Shown here: in pieces, positions 27,979 through 35,980 of the stretch
How the letters are laid out: the number at the start of each line of letters is the position of its first letter
Position numbering within the stretch: the first letter of the stretch is position 1
DNA from: a virus
UHGV virus genome: UHGV-1379542
Strand: one strand, 5' to 3'
DNA length: 43,674 nt
Program-made: the position numbers and the translations under genes
The notes under the pieces: model-generated
Told to the model about the DNA's origin: nothing
The model's input: the letters and a program-made list of their open reading frames with translations, nothing else
Database searches by the model: none

Positions 27979-28902
27979 TTATTGTTGTAATGCTTGTGAC
28001 TCATTTCTTGCTTTAGTTACGTCTTGTTTGAAACTATCATACGATTGGTTAGGACTAGATAATGCCATACCAGGCCCACCACCTATATGTTGAAATTTAT
28101 CCGGATTATTTTGAATGTTTTCTGTAAGTTTTTTAGCATTTAAATATTCTTGGTAACTAGGAGAGTTTGGGTCTTGTTGTTCGGATTGCTGATTATTACT
28201 TTGTGCTGTTTGCACTTGCTTACCTTGCGTACGTTCATTATTACCATTATTGTCTTGTGATTTGCCATTATCATTTTTAGATGTGCTTTCTGATTCGTTA
28301 TTCGCAACATCTTTATTGCCTTCTTTTGAACTACTAGCAGAATCGTTTGTAATATCATCTGCTGCAGAATAATCTACGGTCTTTAGTTTACTAATATTTA
28401 TTTTCTTGGTACCCAGTTTTTTACCCTCTGTGCCTTTAGTAGCTTTAAGTGTCACTTGCTTATCATTTTCTAATTCATAAGTAATAATACCTTTAGCAGT
28501 TTTACCTTTCTTAATTACATCATTGTTGTGTTTGTCCCATTCTTCGAATTTACCAGTATTAGGCGTTGGACCAACTTCAAGTTTACTTTCAGTATTTTCA
28601 CTATCTTGTGTAGTCTCCATCGACGATATCCAAACATTCATTGGTGTGATTTGTTCGTCCCCGTCTTTACTTTTAACTTCGTATTTAAAAGCTAATAGTT
28701 TCTTGCCATTATCCGAATCCTTATCATTAACTAAAAATGTATCTTTTATTTTTAAAACAGCTTGATCAAGGACTAAAGTATCATTAGTGAATTGTACTTT
28801 GTTTTCATCAACGGACGTCGACTTTTTTGAATCGTTATTGTTGTTGCTACATGCCGCTAAAACTAAGAAACAAGATAATAAAATAAATAAGACTTTTTTC
28901 AT
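27979..28902 (-). CDS. secreted lipoprotein (moron between int and repressor; candidate superinfection-exclusion protein)
   Basis: Start at MKKVLFILLSCFLVLAACSNN (signal peptide with lipobox LAAC) and RBS aggaga 8 nt upstream. The longer track start at 28947 lacks an RBS. The C-terminal half is low-complexity and N/Q/S/D-rich. Confidence 0.65.
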   Translation of the reverse strand: MKKVLFILLSCFLVLAACSNNNNDSKKSTSVDENKVQFTNDTLVLDQAVLKIKDTFLVNDKDSDNGKKLLAFKYEVKSKDGDEQITPMNVWISSMETTQDSENTESKLEVGPTPNTGKFEEWDKHNNDVIKKGKTAKGIITYELENDKQVTLKATKGTEGKKLGTKKINISKLKTVDYSAADDITNDSASSSKEGNKDVANNESESTSKNDNGKSQDNNGNNERTQGKQVQTAQSNNQQSEQQDPNSPSYQEYLNAKKLTENIQNNPDKFQHIGGGPGMALSSPNQSYDSFKQDVTKARNESQALQQ

Positions 28903-28957
28903 TTTACATTTCTCCTCTGAATAAATATTTATATTAAAGCGCCACAAAGGACGCTTA

Positions 28958-29569
28958 TTAAAACAGTTTTTGACTTGCTACAACTCTACCAATTATTTTA
29001 ACTTCGTCATCTTCTCCGTAAACTTGAGGTAAATGTTCTGGGTTGTTTGATTCTGGAATTAAGATAATTTGATTCTTGTTATATCTAACTCGTTTAACAG
29101 TAGCGTTATAACCATTAACCATAACGACGCCCAACTGACCATTTTCTACTATAGAATCTTTTTCGACTACAACTACATCGTTTTCTTGGAAAATTTTATC
29201 CATGCTATCGCCAGACACTCTCAAACCAAATTCTTCTTTGTCAGAATTAAGATTTTTAGTAGCGAAGTATATGTAATCAACTAAATTTTCTTCACTATAG
29301 ATAGGTAAGCCTGCAGATATTTTTGAAACAACTGGAATCTTTTTGACTGGTAGGGTTTCTAGTTGAGGTTGCTCGATATCCATAATTTCCTCTGGTTTAA
29401 TATTTAACCCTTTACAAATTTTGATGACATTTTCTACCTTAGCATTAAATACTCCTCTTTCTAAAATAGATCTAACAGTTGTATAAGCTAAACCAATTTC
29501 TTTTGAAAAAGCTTTTATACTCCCAGATTTCAATTCCATAAGTCGTTTTAAATCTTTTTCTTTAGTCAT
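28958..29569 (-). CDS. cI: cI-like repressor (XRE HTH + S24 LexA-like autopeptidase)
   Basis: 203 aa. N-terminal HTH. C-terminal Ser-Lys dyad context (…GLRVSGDSMDKIF… …VKRV…). Divergent from cro. Confidence 0.85.
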   Translation of the reverse strand: MTKEKDLKRLMELKSGSIKAFSKEIGLAYTTVRSILERGVFNAKVENVIKICKGLNIKPEEIMDIEQPQLETLPVKKIPVVSKISAGLPIYSEENLVDYIYFATKNLNSDKEEFGLRVSGDSMDKIFQENDVVVVEKDSIVENGQLGVVMVNGYNATVKRVRYNKNQIILIPESNNPEHLPQVYGEDDEVKIIGRVVASQKLF

Positions 29570-29601
29570 TTTCGTTTACCTCATTTCTAATTTGTACCTA
29601 T

Positions 29602-29630
29602 ATAATACCATGCGAAAAATCGTATATCAA
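29602..29630 (-). promoter_or_regulatory. leftward repressor promoter (-35 TTGATA, 17-nt spacer, -10 TATTAT on minus strand) with the degenerate operator O3 in its spacer
   Basis: Minus strand reads TTGATA-tacgatttttcgcatgg-TATTAT upstream of the cI RBS gaggt. The operator-like tgcgaaaaatcgta lies at 29611-29625. Confidence 0.5.
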
Positions 29631-29664
29631 GTAAAAATAAAAATAAAAAATGCGAATTTTAGTG

Positions 29665-29693
29665 TTGACTTAGTACGAAAATTCGTATACAAT
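29665..29693 (+). promoter_or_regulatory. rightward early promoter (-35 TTGACT, 17-nt spacer, -10 TACAAT) with operator O1 TACGAAaaTTCGTA (29674-29687) in the spacer
   Basis: Read directly from the sequence. A perfect 6-2-6 inverted repeat sits inside the spacer. Confidence 0.6.
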
Positions 29694-29737
29694 TTAGTTA
29701 AGCAATCGGAAAGGTTGCTAAAAATTATAATTTGGAA

Positions 29738-29751
29738 TACGAAAATTCGTA
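29738..29751. promoter_or_regulatory. operator O2: identical palindrome TACGAAaaTTCGTA between the promoter and the cro RBS
   Basis: Exact repeat of the 29674-29687 site, 3 nt upstream of aggaggg. Confidence 0.55.
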
Positions 29752-29765
29752 TTAGGAGGGGTACT

Positions 29766-29981
29766 ATGTTGAAGAATTTCAACGATATTAGAAAAGAGAA
29801 AAAAGTATCTCTGGTTGATTTAGCAGACTTATTAGAAGTCAGATACCAAACGGTAGCAGATAAGATAAATGGTGTTTCTGATTTTAAATTTGGAGAGGCA
29901 TTACTTATTAAAAATGAATATTTTCCAGAGTATGACATTGAATATCTTTTTGAAAAAGAAAAAGAACGACAAACAAATTAA
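29766..29981 (+). CDS. cro: Cro-like HTH regulator
   Basis: 71 aa from ATG 29766 with RBS aggagggg. HTH segment VSLVDLADLLEVRYQTVADKING. The upstream extension in the track (from 29592) has no RBS and would cover the operators. Confidence 0.7.
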   Translation: MLKNFNDIRKEKKVSLVDLADLLEVRYQTVADKINGVSDFKFGEALLIKNEYFPEYDIEYLFEKEKERQTN

Positions 29982-29994
29982 AGGAGGAATTCAA

Positions 29995-30711
29995 ATGCAA
30001 GATTTACAAATTTTCAATTTTGAAGAATTACCAGTAAGGACGTTAACAGTAAATGAGGAACCATTTTTCGTCGGTAAAGATGTAGCGGAAATCTTGGGCT
30101 ACTCAAACACGAGAGACGCATTATATAGACACGTTGACGGTGAAGATAAGGACGTCGTGAAACTCGACACCCTTGGTGGTAAACAAAGTCAAACTATTAT
30201 CAACGAATCAGGATTATACAGCTTAATATTCTCATCAAAATTAGAATCAGCTAAACGTTTCAAACGCTGGGTAACATCAGAAGTTTTACCTACATTAAGA
30301 AAAACTGGAACTTATCAAATACCTAATGATCCAATGCAAGCATTAAAACTGATGTTTGAAGCAACGGAACAAACTAAAGAAGAAATTGCAACAGTGAAAG
30401 CAGATGTTATTGATATCAAAGAAAATCAAAAGCTAGATGCAGGAGAATACGGATTGATAACAAAAACAGTTCATCAACGCGTTGCTTATATCAGACAAAT
30501 TCACGGACTACCTAATAATAAAGAAGTTAACAAACCTTTATATAGAGATATTAACAGTAACGTAAATACGATGGCTGGTATTAAAACAAGAACACAATTA
30601 AAACAAAAACATTTCGATGACGTAATGAATATGATCACAAATTGGTTTCCATCTCAATCAACAATGTATGTCATCAAACAATTAGAAATGGACTTTGAAA
30701 ACGAAGTATAA
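29995..30711 (+). CDS. antirepressor (Bro-N domain)
   Basis: ATG 29995 with RBS aaggagg. N-terminal Bro-N-like segment FNFEELPVRTLTVNEEPFFVGKDVAEILGYSNTRDALYRHV. Confidence 0.7.
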   Translation: MQDLQIFNFEELPVRTLTVNEEPFFVGKDVAEILGYSNTRDALYRHVDGEDKDVVKLDTLGGKQSQTIINESGLYSLIFSSKLESAKRFKRWVTSEVLPTLRKTGTYQIPNDPMQALKLMFEATEQTKEEIATVKADVIDIKENQKLDAGEYGLITKTVHQRVAYIRQIHGLPNNKEVNKPLYRDINSNVNTMAGIKTRTQLKQKHFDDVMNMITNWFPSQSTMYVIKQLEMDFENEV

Positions 30712-30723
30712 GGAGTGATAGCA

Positions 30724-30933
30724 ATGGAATACATTGGATTTGCGGACGCTATCGAGTTTGTGAAAATAAGTGGAATTTCTAAAAACGATTTAGAAAAGCA
30801 CGTTTATAGCAATAAAGAGTTCCAAGAGAAATGTATGTACAGATTTGGCAAGAATCATAAACGCTACATCAAGATTAGACCGGCAATTGACTTTATAGAA
30901 CAAAAATTAATGGTGTCAGAAACGGCACTTTAG
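30724..30933 (+). CDS. hypothetical protein (possible small DNA-binding protein)
   Basis: 69 aa from ATG 30724, with RBS aggag 8 nt upstream. Confidence 0.35.
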   Translation: MEYIGFADAIEFVKISGISKNDLEKHVYSNKEFQEKCMYRFGKNHKRYIKIRPAIDFIEQKLMVSETAL

Positions 30934-30990
30934 AGGAGTTTTACTGAAGAAAGAGGATATATCGAAAAACTTTTAGAAAGGGTGGATTAA

Positions 30991-31167
30991 ATGAAGTACT
31001 TACTAAGTTACATGACGATGTTTATCGCAATGATTATCACATTACTTTTAGGAGGTGGTTTCTTTACGGTAATAGCATTTTCAATGTTAACCCTTATTTT
31101 CAGCAGTTTCTTCTGGGAGAAGTGGCTTGAGATAACAAAAAAGACTGAAACTTGCGCCAACAAGTAA
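30991..31167 (+). CDS. small membrane protein
   Basis: 58 aa with two hydrophobic helices and RBS aagggtgg. Below the ORF-track size cut-off. Confidence 0.3.
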   Translation: MKYLLSYMTMFIAMIITLLLGGGFFTVIAFSMLTLIFSSFFWEKWLEITKKTETCANK

Positions 31168-31228
31168 CAGTCAGAATCTAATCAAAATATACAACTTAAT
31201 TTAATCAAAATATACGGAGGTAGTCAAT

Positions 31229-31480
31229 ATGAAACATAAACTTTTAAAAATAGCCAATGATTTAAATAAATTAATTTTGCATAGTGATGAAGAAGTGAAA
31301 GCAGAATTTCAAAAATATTATGAGGGGGAAGTTAGTATCACCTTTTGGCACTACTCTAAAAAATATGAAAGTAACTGTAATCATCTAAGTTTCTATGAAT
31401 TTCACACAGATGAAGAATTACAGAAATATTTTGAATTAGCAAAAGAAGTTATTGCAGGGGAGTGTTTTATTGATGAGTAA
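31229..31480 (+). CDS. hypothetical protein
   Basis: 83 aa with RBS acggaggt. Confidence 0.4.
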   Translation: MKHKLLKIANDLNKLILHSDEEVKAEFQKYYEGEVSITFWHYSKKYESNCNHLSFYEFHTDEELQKYFELAKEVIAGECFIDE

Positions 31481-31958
31481 TTTATTCGAATTAAAAAATA
31501 GTTACCAACAAGTTTACGACCTTATTGCAGAACAAGAAGACGAACAAATTTTAAAAGATACTTTATCAAGTATTAATGACGCTATCGAAGATAAAGCAGA
31601 TGGATATGTAGCAGTCATTAAGTCTTTAGAAGCAGATAACAATGCTATAGACGAAGAAATAAAACGATTAAGACAACGTAAAACTTCTAACCAAAACGGT
31701 GTCAAACGTTTAAAAGAAAGTTTACAGGAAGTCATGGAACAAACTGGAAAAGAGAAGTTCAAAACTGCGCTTAATTCGTACAGTATTGCTAACAACCCAC
31801 CTAGTTTAGATGTAACTGATGAAAGTTTGATACCTAAACAATATTACGTTGAACAGCAACCAAAGTTAGACAAAAAAGAGTTATTGAAAGCTGTTAAAGG
31901 TGGTTTAGAACTCAAAGGAGTAGAACTAAAACAAAATAGAAGTTTGAGGGTGAGATAG
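31473..31958 (+). CDS. Gp157-like protein (siphovirus recombination-module protein)
   Basis: Acidic coiled-coil protein immediately upstream of the Sak4-like ATPase. ATG 31473 with RBS ggggag. Confidence 0.5.
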   Translation: MSNLFELKNSYQQVYDLIAEQEDEQILKDTLSSINDAIEDKADGYVAVIKSLEADNNAIDEEIKRLRQRKTSNQNGVKRLKESLQEVMEQTGKEKFKTALNSYSIANNPPSLDVTDESLIPKQYYVEQQPKLDKKELLKAVKGGLELKGVELKQNRSLRVR

Positions 31959-32735
31959 ATGACTGAGGAAAAACAAGAACAGGATATTTTAACCCAACTT
32001 GGTGTGAAAGACATCAGCAAACAAAATGCTAACAAGTTTTATAAATTCGCTATCTACGGAAAATTCGGTACAGGTAAAACAACCTTTTTAACTAAAGACA
32101 ATAACGCACTTGTGCTCGACATTAATGAAGATGGAACAACAGTTACAGAAGATGGTGCAGTGGTACAAATTAAAAACTACAAACACTTTGCTTATGTAAT
32201 AAAAATGTTACCTCAAGTAATTGAGAAACTAAGAGAAAACGGAAAACAAATAGATGTAGTAGTGATTGAAACAATACAGAAACTACGCGATATCACTATT
32301 GACGACATCATGAACGGTAAGACTAAGAAACCGACATTTAATGATTGGGGAGAATGTGCGACACGCATTGTGCATATGTACAGATATGTTTCTAAGTTAC
32401 AAGAACAATATCAATTCCATTTAGCGATAAGTGGTCATGAAGGTATCAACAAAGATAAAGACGATGAAGGCAGCACGATTAATCCCACTATCACGATTGA
32501 GGCACAAGATCAAATAAGAAAAGCAGTTGTAAGTCAATCGGATGTTTTAGCAAGAATGACTATCGAAGAACATGAGGAAAATGGCCAAAAGTCATATGAA
32601 TATGTACTTAACGCTGAACCCTCTAACTTGTTTGAAACAAAAATAAGACATGCAAGCAATATAAAAATTAACAATAAGAAATTTGAAAACCCAAGCATTA
32701 CAGACGTAGTAGAAGCAATTAGAAATGGAAATTAA
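31959..32735 (+). CDS. Sak4-like RecA-fold ATPase (AAA_24)
   Basis: Walker A GKFGTGKTT and Walker B VVVIET. Position in the recombination module. Confidence 0.7.
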   Translation: MTEEKQEQDILTQLGVKDISKQNANKFYKFAIYGKFGTGKTTFLTKDNNALVLDINEDGTTVTEDGAVVQIKNYKHFAYVIKMLPQVIEKLRENGKQIDVVVIETIQKLRDITIDDIMNGKTKKPTFNDWGECATRIVHMYRYVSKLQEQYQFHLAISGHEGINKDKDDEGSTINPTITIEAQDQIRKAVVSQSDVLARMTIEEHEENGQKSYEYVLNAEPSNLFETKIRHASNIKINNKKFENPSITDVVEAIRNGN

Positions 32736-32763
32736 AAATAACTAATAAGGACGGTATAAAATT

Positions 32764-33318
32764 ATGAAAATTACAGGACAAGCGCAACACACTAAAGAAA
32801 CTAATCAAGAGGCATTTATGAAAGGTGGAGACTTCTTAGGAGCAGGAGAATTCACAGTAAAAGTTAAAGACGTTGAATTTAACGACAAAGAAGGAAGATA
32901 TTTCACTATCGTATTTGAAAATAACGAAGGTAAACAATACAAACACAATCAATTTGTACCACCATTCCAACAAGATTTCCAAGAAAGACAATACATTGAA
33001 TTATTAAGCAGACTAGGAATTCAACTTAATTTACCTGATTTAACTTTCGATACAGACAGATTAATAAACAAAATGGGAACAATCGTACTTAAAAATAAGT
33101 TTAACGAAGATCAAGGTAAATATTTCGTCAGATTATCTTTTGTAAAAGTTTGGAACAAAGGTGACGAAATCGTAAATAAACCCGAACCTAAAACTGATGA
33201 AATGAAACAACGTGAACAACAAGCCAACGGACAGCAAACGCCAATGACAAAACAAGATAATCCTTTTGGTAATGCTAATGGACCGATTGATATTAGTGAT
33301 GATGATTTACCTTTCTAG
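32764..33318 (+). CDS. SSB-like protein (DUF669-type) with acidic C-terminal DDDLPF tail
   Basis: The C-terminus …PIDISDDDLPF matches the SSB protein-interaction tip (DDDIPF). Sits next to the Sak4-like gene. Confidence 0.5.
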   Translation: MKITGQAQHTKETNQEAFMKGGDFLGAGEFTVKVKDVEFNDKEGRYFTIVFENNEGKQYKHNQFVPPFQQDFQERQYIELLSRLGIQLNLPDLTFDTDRLINKMGTIVLKNKFNEDQGKYFVRLSFVKVWNKGDEIVNKPEPKTDEMKQREQQANGQQTPMTKQDNPFGNANGPIDISDDDLPF

Positions 33319-33329
33319 GACGTGATTAA

Positions 33330-34016
33330 ATGCAGCGTATTACAAGATACCAGAGAGATAACGACGGTACTTATTCCGTCGTTGCTACTGGTGTTGAATT
33401 AGAACAAAGTCATATCGACTTATTAGAAAATGGTTACTCACTCATTGCAGAAGTTGAAGTACCTGATAACAAAAAATTATCAATAGATCAACGTAAAAAG
33501 ATTTTTGCATTATGTAGAGATATTGAGTTGCACTGGGGAGAACCTGTGGAATCACTAAGGAAAAGATTTCAAGCAGAGCTAGAAATAATGAATGGTTATA
33601 ACGAGATCAGTTTAAGTAACTGTTCAATGAGAATAGCGAGTGAATTAATAGAGTTGATTATATCTTTTATGTTCCATCATCAAATACCAATGAGAGTAGA
33701 AACAAGCAAATTGCTAAGTGGAGATAAAGCTATGTTGTACTGGGCAACGATCAATCGAAACTGTGTGCTATGCGGGAAATCAAACGCTGACCTTGCACAT
33801 CACTACGCAATAGGTCGTGGTGCTAACCGTAAGAAGATGCAGCATTACGATTATGAAGTATTGGCTTTATGCAGATTCCACCACCAAGAACAGCACAACA
33901 TAGGCGTTAAGTCTTTTGACGAAAAATATATCTTACAGGATAGCTGGATAAAAGTTGATGATCGTTTAAACGCTATGTTGAAAGGAGCTAAAAATGAATT
34001 CGAGAGTAATAACTAA
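33330..34016 (+). CDS. DUF968-like phage protein with Cys/His cluster (possible HNH-like nuclease)
   Basis: Cys/His cluster CVLCG…HHYAIGRGANRK…CRFHHQEQHN. Confidence 0.4.
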   Translation: MQRITRYQRDNDGTYSVVATGVELEQSHIDLLENGYSLIAEVEVPDNKKLSIDQRKKIFALCRDIELHWGEPVESLRKRFQAELEIMNGYNEISLSNCSMRIASELIELIISFMFHHQIPMRVETSKLLSGDKAMLYWATINRNCVLCGKSNADLAHHYAIGRGANRKKMQHYDYEVLALCRFHHQEQHNIGVKSFDEKYILQDSWIKVDDRLNAMLKGAKNEFESNN

Positions 34017-34224
34017 AGAAAATAAGAAAGAAATTGCTAATAGAATCAAACAAATAAGATTACAAAGAAATTTTGATATAAACGAATTCGCTGAAATTTT
34101 ATATGTTTCTCCTTTCTCTATAAAACAATGGGAAGAAGGCAAAAGAATTCCTAATCTCGAGAAAATAAAATTAATAGCATTCGTTTTCAAGACAACACCT
34201 GAATGGCTATTGTACGGGGAGTGA
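33994..34224 (+). CDS. XRE-family HTH protein
   Basis: 76 aa with RBS aaggag 7 nt upstream. HTH segment …EFAEILYVSPFSIKQWEEG…. Confidence 0.55.
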   Translation: MNSRVITKENKKEIANRIKQIRLQRNFDINEFAEILYVSPFSIKQWEEGKRIPNLEKIKLIAFVFKTTPEWLLYGE

Positions 34225-34229
34225 TAGAA

Positions 34230-34442
34230 ATGACTTTAGGTAATCGTATTAAACAGCATAGACAAGATAAAGGTATGAACATGCGAGAGTTTGGTGAATA
34301 TATCGACAATGCCTCTGACAGCATAGTAAGTAGGTGGGAACGAAATATTTCTGTACCTAATGCTAAAAGACTTAAATTAATAGCTGATGACATGAATATT
34401 ACTGTAACAGAGTTATTGAACGGGAGTGAAAAAGATGGTTAA
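34230..34442 (+). CDS. XRE-family HTH protein
   Basis: 70 aa from ATG 34230. HTH segment …MREFGEYIDNASDSIVSRWERN…. Confidence 0.5.
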   Translation: MTLGNRIKQHRQDKGMNMREFGEYIDNASDSIVSRWERNISVPNAKRLKLIADDMNITVTELLNGSEKDG

Positions 34443-35196
34443 ATCGATATTTTTACAAGATGGCGAAGAAATTTTTGTTGATGATGAAGATTACGAGAGA
34501 GTGAATCAACACAATTGGCATAAATCATTTAGCGGTAATCACAGAATGATTATGAATAACGATAGTAAGCATTTGCCTAATTTTATTCTCGAAAAAAGTT
34601 TTCAAATGATAAAAAACAATGATTTTACTAGAAAAAATTTGACTACTGAAGGGAATAAAGTTAGATGGCAAAAAGCTAGATTTAATAATTCTTCTAAATA
34701 CAAAGGAGTTTCATGGGATAAAAAAAGTAATAAATGGTACGCCAAAATAAGAATCGGAGAAAAAGTGAAGAATTTAGGACGTTATATTGATGAAGATAAG
34801 GCTGCTATGGTTTATAACAGTGCAGTAAACGAGTATTGGGATGGTCACGGTTATTTAAACATAATCGGTGAAGATAACAGAACTAAAGAAAGAAATTATA
34901 AAACTCACAAAAATCAACTGAACAAAAGAACAAACAAGAAAAAATTGAGAGGTATTAAGATAATTAAAGATAGATACTATGTGCGCATTAATTATTCTAA
35001 AAAAGAATATTCGTTAGGAGCGTATGAGGATTTGTATAAAGCTAGATTAGTTTACAACAAAGTAGCTTTATATTTACACAATAATGATGCAATCATAAAC
35101 GACGTACCTATGACTGACGAACTCAAAGAATTCATATCTAACTGGGAGATACCAAACAAAATTAAAGCGCTGAAAGAGGGTGCTGATGATGAATAA
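34435..35196 (+). CDS. HNH homing endonuclease with AP2 DNA-binding domains
   Basis: HNH_3-like N-terminus (IFVDDEDYERVNQHNWH). Two AP2-like repeats (KYKGVSWDKKSNKWYAKIRIGEKVKNLGRYIDEDKAAMVYN, and RGIKIIKDRYYVRINYSKKEYSLGAYEDLYKARLVYN). Confidence 0.6.
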   Translation: MVKSIFLQDGEEIFVDDEDYERVNQHNWHKSFSGNHRMIMNNDSKHLPNFILEKSFQMIKNNDFTRKNLTTEGNKVRWQKARFNNSSKYKGVSWDKKSNKWYAKIRIGEKVKNLGRYIDEDKAAMVYNSAVNEYWDGHGYLNIIGEDNRTKERNYKTHKNQLNKRTNKKKLRGIKIIKDRYYVRINYSKKEYSLGAYEDLYKARLVYNKVALYLHNNDAIINDVPMTDELKEFISNWEIPNKIKALKEGADDE

Positions 35197-35968
35197 CAGA
35201 GACTATATTTCTTCAATAATCACTCAATTCAGTGGACAAAACAATATTATCCCTATACCTGCTATTTATTTGAAAATCACCGAAGATTATCCAACTGCTG
35301 CATTACTTAACCAATTGATTTATTGGTCGGATAGAACAAGTAGAAAAGATGGTTACTTTTATAAATCTTATAAAGAATGGGAAGACGAAATATATTTATC
35401 TAAATACCAAGTAATGCGCTCAATAAAAAAATTGAAAAGTATGGGAATTGTAGAAACTGCTTTAAAAAAGGCGAATGGGGCGCCTACAGTACATTATAAA
35501 GTCGATAGTGAAGTTACTTCACAATGGATTGTTAAGTTTCTTAACAATGGAAAGTCAACAAACTTAACAATGGATAGTAAAGAAACTCAACAATCTTTAA
35601 CAGAGATTACTACAGAGAATACAACAGAGACTACTAACAATAATATATTGTCTCCTTCGTCGACTGCATATCCTTACAAAGATGTAATTGACTACCTCAA
35701 CCAACAAACAGGTAAGAATTACAAATCTACTACTAAGAAGAATCAAACAGTCATACGAGCAAGAACTGATGAAGGTTTTTCACTAGATGACTTTAAAAGA
35801 GTTATAGATAACAAAGTTGCCGAGTGGAAAGGCACAAACATGGAGAAGTACCTAAGACCTGAAACGTTATTCGGCACTAAGTTTGAGGGTTACCTTAACC
35901 AAGAATTACAACCGAGTGGAATGGATCAACTAGAAAGAATGAAATACGATCCTAGCTATTGGGACTAG
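35186..35968 (+). CDS. replication initiation / replisome organizer protein (DnaD-like N-terminus, phage conserved C-terminus)
   Basis: 262 aa, directly upstream of the DnaC-like loader. Start 35186 or 35189, with RBS gagggtg. Confidence 0.55.
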   Translation: MMNNRDYISSIITQFSGQNNIIPIPAIYLKITEDYPTAALLNQLIYWSDRTSRKDGYFYKSYKEWEDEIYLSKYQVMRSIKKLKSMGIVETALKKANGAPTVHYKVDSEVTSQWIVKFLNNGKSTNLTMDSKETQQSLTEITTENTTETTNNNILSPSSTAYPYKDVIDYLNQQTGKNYKSTTKKNQTVIRARTDEGFSLDDFKRVIDNKVAEWKGTNMEKYLRPETLFGTKFEGYLNQELQPSGMDQLERMKYDPSYWD

Positions 35969-35980
35969 GAGTGATTATAA

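Noticed and set aside
27979-28947. The lipoprotein ORF as listed starts at MWRFNI… (28947).
   Set aside because: The RBS aggaga sits 8 nt upstream of the internal ATG at 28902, which begins a canonical lipoprotein signal peptide.
29592-29981. The cro ORF as listed starts at 29592 (129 aa).
   Set aside because: That extension has no RBS and would run through both operators and the promoter. ATG 29766 has a perfect aggagggg RBS.
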